Assembly (NCBI GenBank): GCA_038087875.1
Contig: CM075988.1
Location: 21,330,001 to 21,394,000 of the forward strand
From: Malacoraja senta
Taxonomy: Eukaryota
DNA length: 64,000 bases
Reading direction: 5' to 3'
In this document: one piece after another, positions 62,601 through 64,000 of the stretch
How the letters are laid out: each line of letters begins with the position of its first letter
Numbering within the stretch: position 1 is the stretch's first letter
Made by a program: the position numbers and the translations under genes
The notes under the pieces: model-generated
The model's input: the letters and a program-made list of their open reading frames with translations, nothing else
Database searches by the model: none
Told to the model about the DNA's origin: nothing

Positions 62601-63231
62601 TACTCGCTATCAAAACATGGAGGGGACGGGGGACACTATTTTTTGGCGGCCACGCGTGCATGCGCACACTCACACACGCGCGCGAGGCTTCGGAGGCTCA
62701 ATCCAGCGCAAGATGCAGCTCAACTGCCTGTCTTCACCGGGTTAACTACAGCCCTGCCTGGACTGACGGGATACGAGCGCTGCTTCTCCGCGCCGGCCAT
62801 ATTTCCCGCAAGTCCAGGAAGGGTTGTAAGCTCACCTGGCGGGACAGGCAGAGTTAGCTGGGTTTAGTGCTGTTTCTCTGTGCTGGCCCGTCTGACTGCC
62901 GACCAAAGATCCTATAGCGGAGGATGTTTGCTGCCGACCTCTCTCGGGTGGGGACGGGACAGCGCCGGAGACCCGGCCGGGATCGATCCTGCCTGCGGAT
63001 GAAACGCAGGTCTATGCCACGTCTTCCTCCTCCAATCATCGCGCTGAATCATGTCCCGCCCCCATTGCCTGCTGACCGACGTCTCTCTCCTCCAATCGCC
63101 GCCCTCGATCACCGGATTTTAAAATCCGGATTACAAAATCTTGGGGGGGGGGATGTCCCCCACCTCTCAAAACATGGAGGGTACGTGTTCCCTCTGCCCC
63201 CCCCCCCCCCCCCCCGGGTTTTCCGCCCCTG
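62601..63231. mobile_element. hAT-like non-autonomous element, left terminus missing
   Basis: Ends ...TTTTCCGCCCCTG (CAGGGGCGG-type TIR). Inserted in a CR1 3' end with a ~8-bp duplication GGCAGGT(T/A) at 62594 and 63232; internal repeat TCAAAACATGGAGGG near both ends. Confidence 0.55.
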
Positions 63232-63981
63232 GGCAGGTACAATAACAAGTTTAAAAGACATTTGGCCAGGTACATGGAAGGCAAGAGTTTAAAGGGATAT
63301 GGGCCAAATGATGGCAAATGGGACGAGCTTAGATGGGTTATCTTGGTCGGCATGGGCGAGTCGGGCCGAAGGGCCTGTTTCCCTGCTGTATCATTCCATG
63401 TCTCTATGACTCTAATTGCATTACTGTTTCAGCTGAACTACAAATGACATTCGGGCCTGAGTTTGCGTACAAGACCTCTGTCCTCCCTGTAAACAGACAA
63501 TGCATCTCCCAGCCAAGGCAGCAGAAGGCTCTTGTTAAAGATGAATTTCCGAACAATAACAACGTTTGTGGTTTTCTGAGTATTGTACGAAAATAACAGA
63601 ACAAAACACTCTTTTGATGCAAACTCAGCACTGACGGAGACTATTTTGGGGAATGAGCAAACAATGTTTGCCTAGGGAAAACATTTACTGACAGGAAGTT
63701 GATGCACACATTTTGGCAATGTCTTCAAACGATGGTGTTTATCGCAGTGTTATAGGAGGTAGGATACTGACCTGCTGTATCAGCGATTGACACTGGGAAT
63801 TTCAGAACATGTATAGACATTTTAGTCATAGAGTCACACAGCGTAGAAAATGGCCCTTCGGCCCAACTTGTCCATGCCGACCACCACACCCCCATTTACA
63901 CTAGTCCAGCCTCCATGTATGTGGCCCATATCGTATCCCTCTAAATCTTTCCGATCCATGTACCTGTCCAAATGTTCCTTA

Positions 63982-64000
63982 AGGGGCTGTCCCACTGTAC
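63982..64000. mobile_element. Start of another Harbinger-like MITE, cut by the window edge
   Basis: TTA|AGGGGCTGTCCCAC matches the family TIR. Confidence 0.6.

Overview
Eukaryotic, repeat-saturated DNA, most likely from a cartilaginous fish (probably a skate or ray). The taxon is inferred from dozens of HE1-type tRNA-derived V-SINEs whose tails are shared with CR1/HER1-type LINE 3' ends. I could not identify a host protein-coding gene: nearly all ORFs in the track are pieces of transposable elements or microsatellite translations, and only a few isolated splice-flanked exon candidates remain. The window looks intronic or intergenic. It contains CR1, L2, Rex1/Babar, RTE, Vingi, L1/Tx1-like and Penelope-like fragments, PIF/Harbinger-like and hAT-like MITEs, long microsatellites and a 200-N gap. 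Highlights: (1) a ~137-nt short retroelement in two copies (9250-9372 +, 54268-54601 -), made of a textbook minimal HDV-like ribozyme, a hairpin and a Vingi-like (GAA)n tail, with a candidate Vingi partner 3' end in the same window; (2) more than 20 Penelope terminal-repeat derivatives, often palindromic, with a minimal hammerhead core and 11-17 bp TSDs; (3) an RTE-type 5' end with a second HDV-like fold; (4) three diverged GC-rich non-coding retroelements sharing two covarying hairpins; (5) a ~710-bp near-identical inverted duplication flanking 4 kb, plus other local duplications. Family assignments come from motif recognition by eye, not database searches, and many element boundaries are approximate.
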